The translations under genes and the position numbers were made by a program. A stretch of DNA of 64,000 nucleotides from the NCBI GenBank assembly GCA_030704615.1, contig CM060732.1, positions 28,148,001-28,212,000 on the forward strand. Direction: 5' to 3'. The notes under the pieces are model-generated. The model was not told the origin of the DNA, made no database searches, and worked only from the letters and a program-made list of their open reading frames with translations. Source of the stretch: Takakia lepidozioides. Lineage: Eukaryota > Plantae > Bryophyta. Below are positions 1-9,763 of this stretch, piece by piece; position 1 is the first letter of the stretch; every line of letters starts with the position of its first letter.

Positions 1-400
1 TAACAGAGACATAAGCCCTGGATAGGCAGAAAAGTGAGTGTGAGAGAACCGCCAGAAACTGCGTGCGTTGACGCAATCAATTTTTGGAGGTTCTCTGTAT
101 GGCCTTCTCTCAGCTGTGTTGTGTTACCAGAGACAGAATCCCTGAATAGGCAGAAAAGTGAGTGTGAGATAACCCCCAGAAATTGCGTGCAGTTTCTGGA
201 GGTTCTCTCACACTCACATTCATGCCTATTCAGGGAGATTAGATTAAATGTCTGCTGCATACTTTTATGGAAGAGAGTAGATTGACTTTGGGTATGAAAT
301 AGGCAAAGAAATGAGTACCTTTCAGAGGGTGGAAAATTGCGTGCGTTGAAGCAATTTCTGGCAAGTTTTTTACATTTGTAACCTTTCGTTTTGAGTGCAG

Positions 401-2859
401 ACGAAGAAAAAGAAAGGTGCTACACAGGTCGAGGAAGAAGTGATTGAGCAGGAACTGGTGGTTGTTGAGGAGGAGGACGATGGCAGGCCATATGAAGACA
501 GAGCGAAAGATCTGCTTTCATTCTCAAAAGTGAATTCTGCCCAAGTCATCAAGGCCATGGGCGTCCTTGGGGGAAAAATAATGATACCCCTATGCCGTTT
601 GATCTCCATGCCCTTCGTTCAACCAGCTCTGACAAACGACATTCAAAAGTTGGAACAGGATTTTTGCCATGGGTACATAGAGGGTCAATCTGTTTTTTAC
701 GTCTCCTTGGCAGACTCCGCTGGCAGAGAGGTGTTGGTGGACGAGTCCATTGTTGGAGGCTGGGATCCTATCTGGCGACAGATAAACGATGAGTTCGAAT
801 CTATCATTTGCAAGAGGCTCGTCACCCAGCCTTTCTCTGGCAAGATGTTTCATGTGTGGGATGGCAACCACCGATTGTTTGCCTGGAGGAACATGATCGA
901 GAGATATCATAGCACCGAGGAGGAGTGGCACTACTCTGTGGCCTCAATGGTGTTGGATCCCAAGGGAAACATCACTGCACTATTGACGGCAATGCATGAC
1001 GTTAACAAGTAAGTGTCTTCTTCACCTGTTATTGTCCGCATTTTTTCCTTCACTGTCTGTTTGCTTTTAGCACTCACTGACGACACCCACTGTATGTGAC
1101 AGGGGAACTGAAGCCGCCCATGTGACAACGAACCTTCTTCACACACTATTCAGGATCTAGAATATCGGCCAGATGCCCCTCAATTCATTCAAGAGCATCC
1201 TGAGTGCGGAGTCATTCAAGAAATGTTTGACATCGAAAACGTCAGATACCTAGTACAAGCTGACAAGGGAAGCATTCATGGAGTACATGTACACTGTAAG
1301 TATTCCATCGCTCTGGCCTTCCATTGTCTGTTGTGATATTGTCAGTAACAAGTGATCTCATTCCGGATTACGTTTTGCAGCAAGAAATAGCTGAAGCTGG
1401 AGAGAGAGGAAAAGTGGAGTACTATTTGAAAAACCCGGAGGGTCTGAGGACGTCCAAGGGAGTGGCGGAAGCCATGAAGTTTACGATGAATGAGATACGG
1501 AAGAAGCTCATGAGCGCTTTCGTGAAACAGCTGAGAATAGCTGACCCTGATTTTGGTCCCGAGTTTCTTAACTAGGTGAAGATCCACTGGAACAATAACA
1601 CCAAACCGGAGATGACACGGGAAAAGCTTCACCGGTTGTCAACTGCAGTTGTGGAAGTTGACCAGAAAGTGAAAATGGTTGGAGATTGGAATTCCGACCC
1701 AACCGTCAAGGATACATACTGCTTCCCTAGGGGTGAAAGAGATGAGAACACCAGGCACATCAAACCCTTTAGCGACCAAGTTCTTGATACATGGTTGCAC
1801 AAAGCCACCTACTGGAGCCAGGTACTTTTCAGGACTTTCTGTGCTTGAAATTTTTGAGAATATCTTCCCATGAATGGACTCTAACCCATGCATATGTATA
1901 CCTGCAGATTGAAGCTCGTGCAAACAAGGTGTTGGAGAAACAGCTTTATGACTACAAAATTACCATGACCGTGCCCGAGGACACTCTGGAGGATTACTTG
2001 AGGCAGTGGAAGGCCACAGCTTGGAGCAACTGCTTCTTCAAAGAGTTTTCCCGAGATGGAGGAATCTCCTGAACAAATGACTTTGACCAGCAGTACGGGG
2101 CGGAGGGAGCCATGAAGAGGGTCCTATACAAGTTCGTTAATTTTGTCTTATGTTTGAAAACTATCTTTGGCAATCTGTAGACAGGCAGTTTGTGGCCATG
2201 AAAAACTGCGTGCGCCAACGCACGCAATTTTAGAGGGCCACAAACTCAGATGTGCTCTCTCCTCCATCATGGATTTCAATGTGTCGTTGGCAGTTCTGAG
2301 TGGAATATCTGTCTGCCGAGAAGGGGATATCTTTCTGCATATGGAACCCTTTGTTTTCTCCTGTTCTTGCATATGGTACTTGTGAGTGTATTTTGGTTGC
2401 CTCATGCTCAAGTATTTGTGCACCCCAAACTGTGTGCGTCGACGCACGCATTTTGGGAGGGCCGCAATATATGTTTTTTTGCCTTCAATGTCTAAAAGTG
2501 TACCTCTTTTGTTTTGTAGGTATATCAAGAACGTGCTCATTCCGGGAAAAAACTTCAGTAAGTACCCTGCCTTCATCGACTTGTGGTCTGACCCCTCTAA
2601 CAGTTAGACCATGTATACGGCAACCATCCTAAGAGACTACGGGAGATATCACCTGAAATAGTGCTGCTGGTATCTAGACATTCCAAAATCAGATTGCCCC
2701 TGGTATGAGTTGCAGACACGGAACCAGAACGACAATGCGGAGTCTTTGGCCCCTCTTACTGACAAGGAATTGCATGAGATGAATCTGCGAAACCTCACTG
2801 AGAAGGAACCCGCAGCCAACAAAAATCCTGCGAGAGGGATGCGAGAGGGAAGGGAAAGG
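401..2859 (+). pseudogene. Multi-exon disrupted gene with a ParB/sulfiredoxin-like DGNHR motif; 3' end abuts the retrotransposon at 2860
   Basis: ORF 395-1012 contains FHVWDGNHRLFAW. Plausible GT-AG exons at about 401-1008, 1103-1296, 1381-1821, 1908-2131 and 2520-2859, with in-frame stops (e.g. TAG 1573-1575). Confidence 0.5.
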
Positions 2860-3014
2860 TGTCGTGCGCATACATATCGCTACACAACTACATCACACAC
2901 TAGTATACCACTAGTCCACCACTAGTCTAGCCACTAGTCCAACCACTAGGCTACAACTAGTCAGTCACTAGGCTACCACTATGCTGCCCACTATGGCAGT
3001 CACTAGTCCACACA
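2860..3014 (-). repeat. Terminal repeat 'B' (3' terminus of copy A)
   Basis: TGTCG...CCACACA. Homologous to 19661-19841 and 20172-20371. Built from CACTAG units. Confidence 0.9.
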
Positions 3015-3027
3015 ATCGCCCCCCTAG
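3015..3027 (-). promoter_or_regulatory. Polypurine tract
   Basis: Minus strand CTAGGGGGGCGAT directly before the TG of repeat B; the same tract is at 20372-20384. Confidence 0.8.
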
Positions 3028-3274
3028 CTGGTGCTTAGGTCCCTCTAAGTCCAGGTAGCCACAAGATGTGATAGTGACCATAGCCTCACTAAGTCCTCCA
3101 CCACTATCCCTACTATACTCAAACTCGATAGATCAAGAGGCCGGGTGCAAGAGTTGCCCCATCGTTAGTCGCCGTCTTGCAACCTGTGAACTTGAGCTTG
3201 GGATCTCATGTATTGACTCCTATGAGCTTGGCCTCCCATGTCTTGTTAGCTGCCTCTAGTCATGTCCACTGCCA

Positions 3275-3934
3275 CTATCCCAAGCAGTGTGGACACAACC
3301 AATCTCCGTCAGGAACCTTCTCAAGAGGTGGTGTCAAGCATCCCATATGCCAACCCCTTGAGCATCGATCACACACCAGCATGGTGGCTGCCCCTTTGGC
3401 AGACCCACAGAGCATGCATCTCAAACCTGCAGATACCACTGCCAAGTTTGGGTCAACTCTGCCATCGACATTGGGAAGGTGACATGGCGAACAATTATGC
3501 ACATGGTCCTTCCAAGTCATGCCATCCCGACCCTCTAAGATCAGGACCCCTGAGGGCAATACCTCTCGAACCCTCAGAATAACATGCCCTGCAGTATCAT
3601 CCAGAGTCGTAGGAGCAGTCTGCTGCAAATAAACATAGTCACCAGGGCTAAACCTCCGAACCCCAGGACGATATCCTCCACCACGTATAGTGGCATACCT
3701 CAACGTATCACGGTGTTGTGCAATGGCAAGGTTCTCAAAAGCCATAGGCATGACTTTCTTGAACAACTCTGCACGCTGATCACATGCACGTACCCACACG
3801 TCCGGATCGTCAAGGTTAAGGACTTGAGCAGTGTCCCTACGAATGGCTGCAGGCAAATCCGGCTCTCGGCCAAAGAGAAGGAAATATGGTGAGAAGGAGG
3901 CAAGTGATGCTTGTTTGCTGAACCTGTAGCCCAT
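3275..3934 (-). CDS. Integrase C-terminus plus PHD finger (copy A)
   Basis: SPYFLLFGREP, then C4HC3: CMLC...CDRC..GWHMGC.TPPL..VPDGDWLCPHC. Separated from the integrase core by a ~50-bp deletion relative to copy B. Confidence 0.9.
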   Translation of the reverse strand: MGYRFSKQASLASFSPYFLLFGREPDLPAAIRRDTAQVLNLDDPDVWVRACDQRAELFKKVMPMAFENLAIAQHRDTLRYATIRGGGYRPGVRRFSPGDYVYLQQTAPTTLDDTAGHVILRVREVLPSGVLILEGRDGMTWKDHVHNCSPCHLPNVDGRVDPNLAVVSAGLRCMLCGSAKGAATMLVCDRCSRGWHMGCLTPPLEKVPDGDWLCPHCLG

Positions 3935-3936
3935 GG

Positions 3937-5271
3937 CTAACCAAGGAAACCCCTCTTCACTGTCTGAACAACTCTCTCTGCTAAGCCATCGGCCTCAGGA
4001 TGATCCCGAGAAGTGGTGCGGGGGTCTATCAAGGCTTTATCACACAAAGCCTGAAACTCCCCCAAGAACTCTCTCCCTTGGTCCGTGAGTACCTCAGCTG
4101 GAGCACCAAATCGGCTAAGCACACGATCCAAGAATGCATACGCAGCCCCCTCACTAGCCTTGTCAGGCAATGGAACCAACTCAATCCACTTGGAGAAGTG
4201 TTCCACCATCACCAACATATATCTGTGGTGGCGCATAGTCAGTGGCAACGGTCCTGCGAAGTCAAGACTCCACCTGTAGCCCAATCCCATGATTGATAAA
4301 GGATGCAACTGTGGTGTAGGGGCGTTGAATGAAGCACGCACCCTGTCACACACCATGCACCTAGCCACGAACTGTTGCTCCTCTGTATGCATACCACGCC
4401 ACCAATACTGCCCCTGCAGTAAACTGTGAGTGCGTAGCACTCCAAAATGCCCCAACTCCTCATGGGCATGCCGCACTAACCGTGCACGCTGTGTAGGGTG
4501 AGGCACAATCCTCACCCGACCATCCTCCCACACTCGAAGTAGGTGTATCCCCTCCCATTTGAACCTCTTGGCTCGTTGCAGGATCCGATCCCTCTCCCTG
4601 GCAGTCACAGTGGCTGCCGTGTCTCCCGTGCGGAGGTAGTCCAACACAGCCGAATCCTCATGTATATCTCTGGCACCACCTGGCTCATCACTAGCCTCAG
4701 GGTCCTCAGACACTCCGTCTACAGTCATCCCTGTTGTAGGTCCAACCTGACCTCCCGATGCCAAGATACACAAAAATGCAGATGCGTGCCATCCCGGCAC
4801 CATCTCCTCATCCGTCTCACCATGCCACCAAGCTCCTGTGTCATCCTGCTGGCTCATGCATGGATTGCAACTCAATCCATCCGCATCCCGATTGACCAAA
4901 CCTGGTCGATGCACAATCTGAAAGTCATACTCCTGGAGTATGAGTGCCCACCGTGCAAGCTTCCCCGTAAGCTTGTCTGACTCCATCAACCACTTGAGTG
5001 GCTGGTGATCCGTGACAAGGGTGAAAAGATTGTCGTATAGATAGCACCTGAAGTGTGCCACGGCCCACACTGCAGCTAAGCACTCTCCCTCATATGAGCT
5101 GTACTTAGCCTCTGTAGCGTTGTTCAAGCGGCTAGCATAAGCCACTACGAACTCTCTTCCCTCATCATCCACCTGTGTGAGCACCGCTCCAAGCCCCAGC
5201 ATGCTCCAATCCGTATGCAGCTGAAAGGGACGCCCCCTGATAGGTCGTCTCAGGATAGGCGCCGAGGTCAA
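3937..5271 (-). CDS. RNase H plus integrase core (copy A)
   Basis: FQLHTDWS..GLGAVL, TDHQPL; HEELGH...CMVC zinc motif; WSLDFAGP, LTDQGREF, GLAER. Confidence 0.95.
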   Translation of the reverse strand: MTSAPILRRPIRGRPFQLHTDWSMLGLGAVLTQVDDEGREFVVAYASRLNNATEAKYSSYEGECLAAVWAVAHFRCYLYDNLFTLVTDHQPLKWLMESDKLTGKLARWALILQEYDFQIVHRPGLVNRDADGLSCNPCMSQQDDTGAWWHGETDEEMVPGWHASAFLCILASGGQVGPTTGMTVDGVSEDPEASDEPGGARDIHEDSAVLDYLRTGDTAATVTARERDRILQRAKRFKWEGIHLLRVWEDGRVRIVPHPTQRARLVRHAHEELGHFGVLRTHSLLQGQYWWRGMHTEEQQFVARCMVCDRVRASFNAPTPQLHPLSIMGLGYRWSLDFAGPLPLTMRHHRYMLVMVEHFSKWIELVPLPDKASEGAAYAFLDRVLSRFGAPAEVLTDQGREFLGEFQALCDKALIDPRTTSRDHPEADGLAERVVQTVKRGFLG

Positions 5272-5319
5272 CCTCGCCTTGAGCTCTTGAAAAGCTCGTT
5301 CCTGATCATCTTCCCACTG

Positions 5320-6357
5320 TCACTCCTGGTCCACCTTGGTCAGCTTGGTTAGAGCCTTTGCAAGGGTACTAAATCCCTTGACAAACCGTCTATAATAATT
5401 TGCCAACCCCATGAAAGCTCGAACTCGGCTCACATCCGTGGGGCGTGGAATTTGTGCAATGGCCTCTACCTTAGTCTGCTGTACCCCCAATCCTCCAGGA
5501 AATATCATGTGACCCAGATACTCAATCTGGTTGTGGAAAAACTTGCACTTCCCCGAATGCAACTTCAATCCGTGCGCTCTCAAGCGCTCCAATACCACCT
5601 GAAGGTGTCTCTCATGCTCCTCCATCGTAACACTAAAGATGATGATGTCATCTATGTAGCACCGAGCAAAGCCCACCCCTGCTAGAATCCTATCCATGAC
5701 TCTCTGAAACTCTGCAGGAGCATTCTTAAGCCCAAATGGTAAGAACCGCCACTGATATAGGCAATCCTTGCCGTGCTCATTGATCCCCCATAATGCCGTC
5801 TTCTGCTTGTCCGTCTCCTTGATTGGCAACTGGTGATATCCGGATCGTAAATCCAAAGTGCTAAAGGCCTTAGCATGCCCGATGGCATCAAAGATCTCCT
5901 CTGGTGTTGGCATGGCATACTTATCGGACTTGGTCTGACGATTTACAGGCCGGTAATCACCGCACATACGTCTCTCCGTCCAATTGCCATAGACATCCTT
6001 CTTTGTTGGCATCACTGTGGCTGAAGCATACTCTCCACCAGAGAGCTCCACCAAACCTGCCTCCTAGAGATCTTGAGTCCTCATCTGAATCAAAGACCTC
6101 TCCATGTCACTGTATCTATAGGGTCTCCGAAAGATTGGCGTGTCAGTGGCCAACTTGATACGGATCTCTTGATCCTTCAGTGCTCCCAAGTCCTTCAAAC
6201 TGAAGGCAAAGCAATTCTTGTAAGCCCTCAGGAACCGCCGTATACGTTGTCTCTCTCCTCCGGTGACAATGGGTCCAATGTCAGGCTCCCAATTGTCCTC
6301 CGTAACTGCAACCTTAAGTCCAGTGGGCTTAGAGGTAGAGGACGCGTCCAGTGGTTG
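5320..6357 (-). pseudogene. Reverse transcriptase (copy A), in frame with the DNMT ORF
   Basis: [28 protein letters not shown]. The frame continues from 6357. Additional stops at 6064-6066 and 5320-5322. Confidence 0.95.
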
Positions 6358-7620
6358 CTATGTTGCAACCTCTTGAGCAGTACTCCCTGCCTGCTCAGTC
6401 AATGACAAGGCCTCATCCTGCCCCATCATCTCATCCTTGAGGACCTCCTCAACCGGAGAAGAATCCCCAACCTCATCCATCACAGCCGCCTTGGCTGCCA
6501 ACTCCCTCTGAACCTCGAGCACCTCCCACGTGTGCCATGGATGCATGCACCCCGTGGTCCTTACATGCTCGCCCCCACCAACTGCCTGTACCGTCTCGGT
6601 AGGCAGAGAGACCATTGAGGGAAGTGTACTCCGCACTCTGCGTTCCTTAGCCAAAGCCAAGCTGATAATCCAGGTCAAGCAATTGAGATCCATTGCTTGC
6701 CCCAACACTTGACGACGTGATGCCTCAGAAAGAGACGACACCGCCGTGGTACCAGTGGTAAAACCCATTGCCCGCTCACGCTCGTCAGCATTAGGCTCCA
6801 CTAACTTCTGCAACTGAGCATCCCACAGGAGGCCAGGTCCACTATCCCGGAAAGCATGCGATCCTGGGAAGCTGAGCAGTGTAGGTAATGCTGCTCGTGG
6901 TTGACCCACCTTGTTGACCACTGCCAAAGGCAAACGGTCATCGTGTCTCACACGCTGAGACTGCCTCCCTGTGTCCAGAATGTTATCCACTGTGAGATGT
7001 GCTGGCCGCTGCACCCCATCAAATGCACGCTTGAGCAGTGCGGGTGGCATCAAGTTAGTCCACCATAGCCGTGGACGATGAGCCCGTGACCCCACTGTAG
7101 CTGCATCTAGCAACACTGCTGACCCAAGCCACGACCGGACTTGATGCACACTGGCCATCACCCTGGCCCGAGAATCGCCCATCAGTGGCACATTCTCCAA
7201 GATGTATGCTGGAGATACAGCTTGATGAAACTGCAAGTGGCGCAAAACCCGCACCATCTCCCAAAACAGACCCGACCTCGAGTCTCGCAATCCATTGCCA
7301 TGCCCGGCTGATGAATGCCCTTGGCAGGGCCAACCTGCCACTACCAGATCAATGGAGCCATCCCGCTCCAAATCCTGCGCCCCCAGCAACGAAATGTCTG
7401 CTGGCAAGGCCTGCTGATATCCACGAATTGCAGACACCGACAACAACTCAGGGTACCGCTGCACCAACTGAGCAACATGGCGAAGTGAAACACGTCGTGC
7501 AGTCTCATCCCTCTCCACATACAGGTAATGTCGAACTCGTATACCTGCTTGTAACACAGCAGCCAATCCGGTGCTGATCCCGCCAAACAAGTCCAGAAGA
7601 CAAATGCCTTCATCGATACT
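6358..7620 (-). CDS. DNMT3-like C5 cytosine methyltransferase domain in the polyprotein (copy A)
   Basis: Motif I LLDLFGGISTG, IV GWPCQG, VI ILENV, VIII AHRPRLWWTNL, IX ERERAMGF, X RRQVLGQAM, in canonical (non-permuted) order. Confidence 0.93.
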   Translation of the reverse strand, partial: SIDEGICLLDLFGGISTGLAAVLQAGIRVRHYLYVERDETARRVSLRHVAQLVQRYPELLSVSAIRGYQQALPADISLLGAQDLERDGSIDLVVAGWPCQGHSSAGHGNGLRDSRSGLFWEMVRVLRHLQFHQAVSPAYILENVPLMGDSRARVMASVHQVRSWLGSAVLLDAATVGSRAHRPRLWWTNLMPPALLKRAFDGVQRPAHLTVDNILDTGRQSQRVRHDDRLPLAVVNKVGQPRAALPTLLSFPGSHAFRDSGPGLLWDAQLQKLVEPNADERERAMGFTTGTTAVSSLSEASRRQVLGQAMDLNCLTWIISLALAKERRVRSTLPSMVSLPTETVQAVGGGEHVRTTGCMHPWHTWEVLEVQRELAAKAAVMDEVGDSSPVEEVLKDEMMGQDEALSLTEQAGSTAQEVAT

Positions 7621-9067
7621 GCCACACAATAGGTGTGGTGTCCAATGGAGACAATTGAGGTGGTCCTGGTGCAATCCCCACACTCTCCTCCTCTCCTGAC
7701 GGTACAAAAGCCTCCACCCAGGCTTGTTGCACCCGTCGATCAGCATCCCGTTGCAAATCCTTGCTCGTGCCCCACAATGGAGTCTGAGCAACCATGGTAG
7801 GCAACTCCGCCATACCATACATGTCATCCTGCTCTCTCGGAGGTGGTACATCCTCTGAATGAGCATTGCCCTCAAGCAACTCTCTAGGCCAACTCACTGC
7901 CGCTGTGAATGCTGCTAGTGTCGGCATCTTGCCTCGCTGGGCAACCGCAACTCCTCCTATGAACGTCACAGGGAGCTGCACACGCCGGCCCTCCCCTGAC
8001 TGCCATGCAGGCCTATAGGAAGCTGACTCCTCCCAAAAATCCAGGGTGAAGCCCATGGGGTACAACACTGCCCCACCAACCAGGACATCGTATGAGACTG
8101 CGTCTGTCACAATGGCCTTGGCTCGCATCACTGAGCCATCTGTAGGGTGATCTGGCCGTAGTCTGATAGCCAATTCACGCCGTGTCATGCCCCGAGCCTG
8201 CTCCGATCCTCCCAAAGACGTCTGTATCTGGAATGGACAAGGCTCCATATCCACCTCCGTGAGGCCCAAGCCTGCAATAGCAGCTCTGCCTAGCATCAAT
8301 GGCTGAGCTCCCGAGTCCAACAAGACCCGCAGTGGCCGGTACCTCTTGCCTGCCGGTCCACTCAAACAGAAAATGCCATCCTGGTTGTCTAACATGACAA
8401 CTCCAGGTGTCACCATGGCGCGCTCAATGACTGGCCTAGCTGGCAGCTCCATCAACCTGGCAGCTGCAGCTTGCCATGGCACCGCCATGGCAGTCTTGAC
8501 CCTCAAATCCGAGGATCCCTCTGGCACTACACCTCCCACTATCTCCGCAGAAGATGAAGTAACCTCCCCACTCTCACAGAGTGTAGCTGCCAACCTGAAC
8601 ACCTCAGCTGGTCTAACCCCCGGCGTCGCAATCGTGGTAGCCGAAAACAATGGAGCCTGGCACACAGATGTGGCCGCTCCTAGCAGCACACTAGCTGCCG
8701 CAGCCTTGGCAACACTAGGTAGTGGTTCTACCCGTGTAGCTCTCCCCAATGGCATAGTAACCTCCGCCTCGGTAACCGTCGGGCGAGAACTAGGTGCCAT
8801 GGATGGCGTCGACACTGTCTCCGCCAATGTGAATGACTGAGAAAGCCTAGCCTAACGGCTTGCCTCTCCACGCTGTGGATCCAACTCCACCTCTGCACCT
8901 CGTGGCTCAGGAACTCGTGCTGCTCCTCGAGTCACGGCTGCAGCCGACTCCACCTGCACTAGTGGTAGTGCTGCTCCACACATGAATCCCATGCCTCCCA
9001 TATCTCCTCCCTCAGGAGCAGGAGGTGGACCATCCGGCCTTAGAGCCGGTATCACCTGAGCTGTAGC
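7610..9067 (-). CDS. Gag-protease linker and aspartic protease (copy A)
   Basis: LRVLLDSGAQ...YDVLVG. There is a 2-nt frameshift at about 7615 relative to copy B. Confidence 0.85.
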
Positions 9068-9762
9068 TGTCGCGGCCCTTTGCCTTGAGGGCAGGGGGTC
9101 GGGACACATGAGGGGCTGCCCCTGTGGTGGGGGCAGCGGCAGCGATAGGTATGGGGGGCTGAAGCACCCTTGAGTGCCCAAGGCACTCAGGGAAGCGGAG
9201 GCGCTCACTAGGTGGAGCCCCGCACACCGGGTTGCGGTGGGGGTGGCTCCACAAGGGGTGGTGGTAGCTTAGTGGGACTTAGTGGGGGTGGCATAGGACT
9301 CACCATGGGGCGGAGACCTCGTGGTGGGAGTCGTGAGGAGTCTTGGGACTCATCACGGTCCATAGGGGCCGTGGTGAGCGGGCCAAGACTCACCGCGACT
9401 CACCACCGGGAATCGAGGGTCTTCGTGGTGGTTCGCCATAAAATGGCATGGCTGGTTGTGAAACCCCCGCGGACAGCTACAGAAGTATATATAGGAGTAG
9501 TAACCCGAGAACGGTGCAAGCCCGTTGGTGACCAAAAACTAGTGAGTAAGCGAGCGAGCTGGAAAGCGACCAAAGAGTGGGGAGCTGTTCCGGACTGCCA
9601 TCTACCAAAGGGAATTCCACTAGGCCCAAATAGGTGGAGGGTCTTTCGGGGGAGCGAAGGGGGACCGTTATGTCCCGGTGAGCAGCCGAAGCTCCAAGTT
9701 GGCCCGGCGGCCGGTTGGGAGTCAGGCGCGCGCAGAAAAGCGAGTAACTATGACTTGAGGGG
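9068..9762 (+). repeat. Chromovirus 5' LTR (U5 end and PBS deleted)
   Basis: Matches 14542 to about 15232, then joins directly to mid-gag. Confidence 0.9.
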
Positions 9763-9763
9763 C

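Noticed and set aside
6358-7620. Bacterial restriction-modification methyltransferase or contamination
   Set aside because: Embedded in frame in a gypsy polyprotein in three copies, with DNMT3-like motifs and no nuclease partner.
9212-9763. N-terminal part of the 429-aa ORF as Gag
   Set aside because: It is LTR sequence fused to gag by a deletion.
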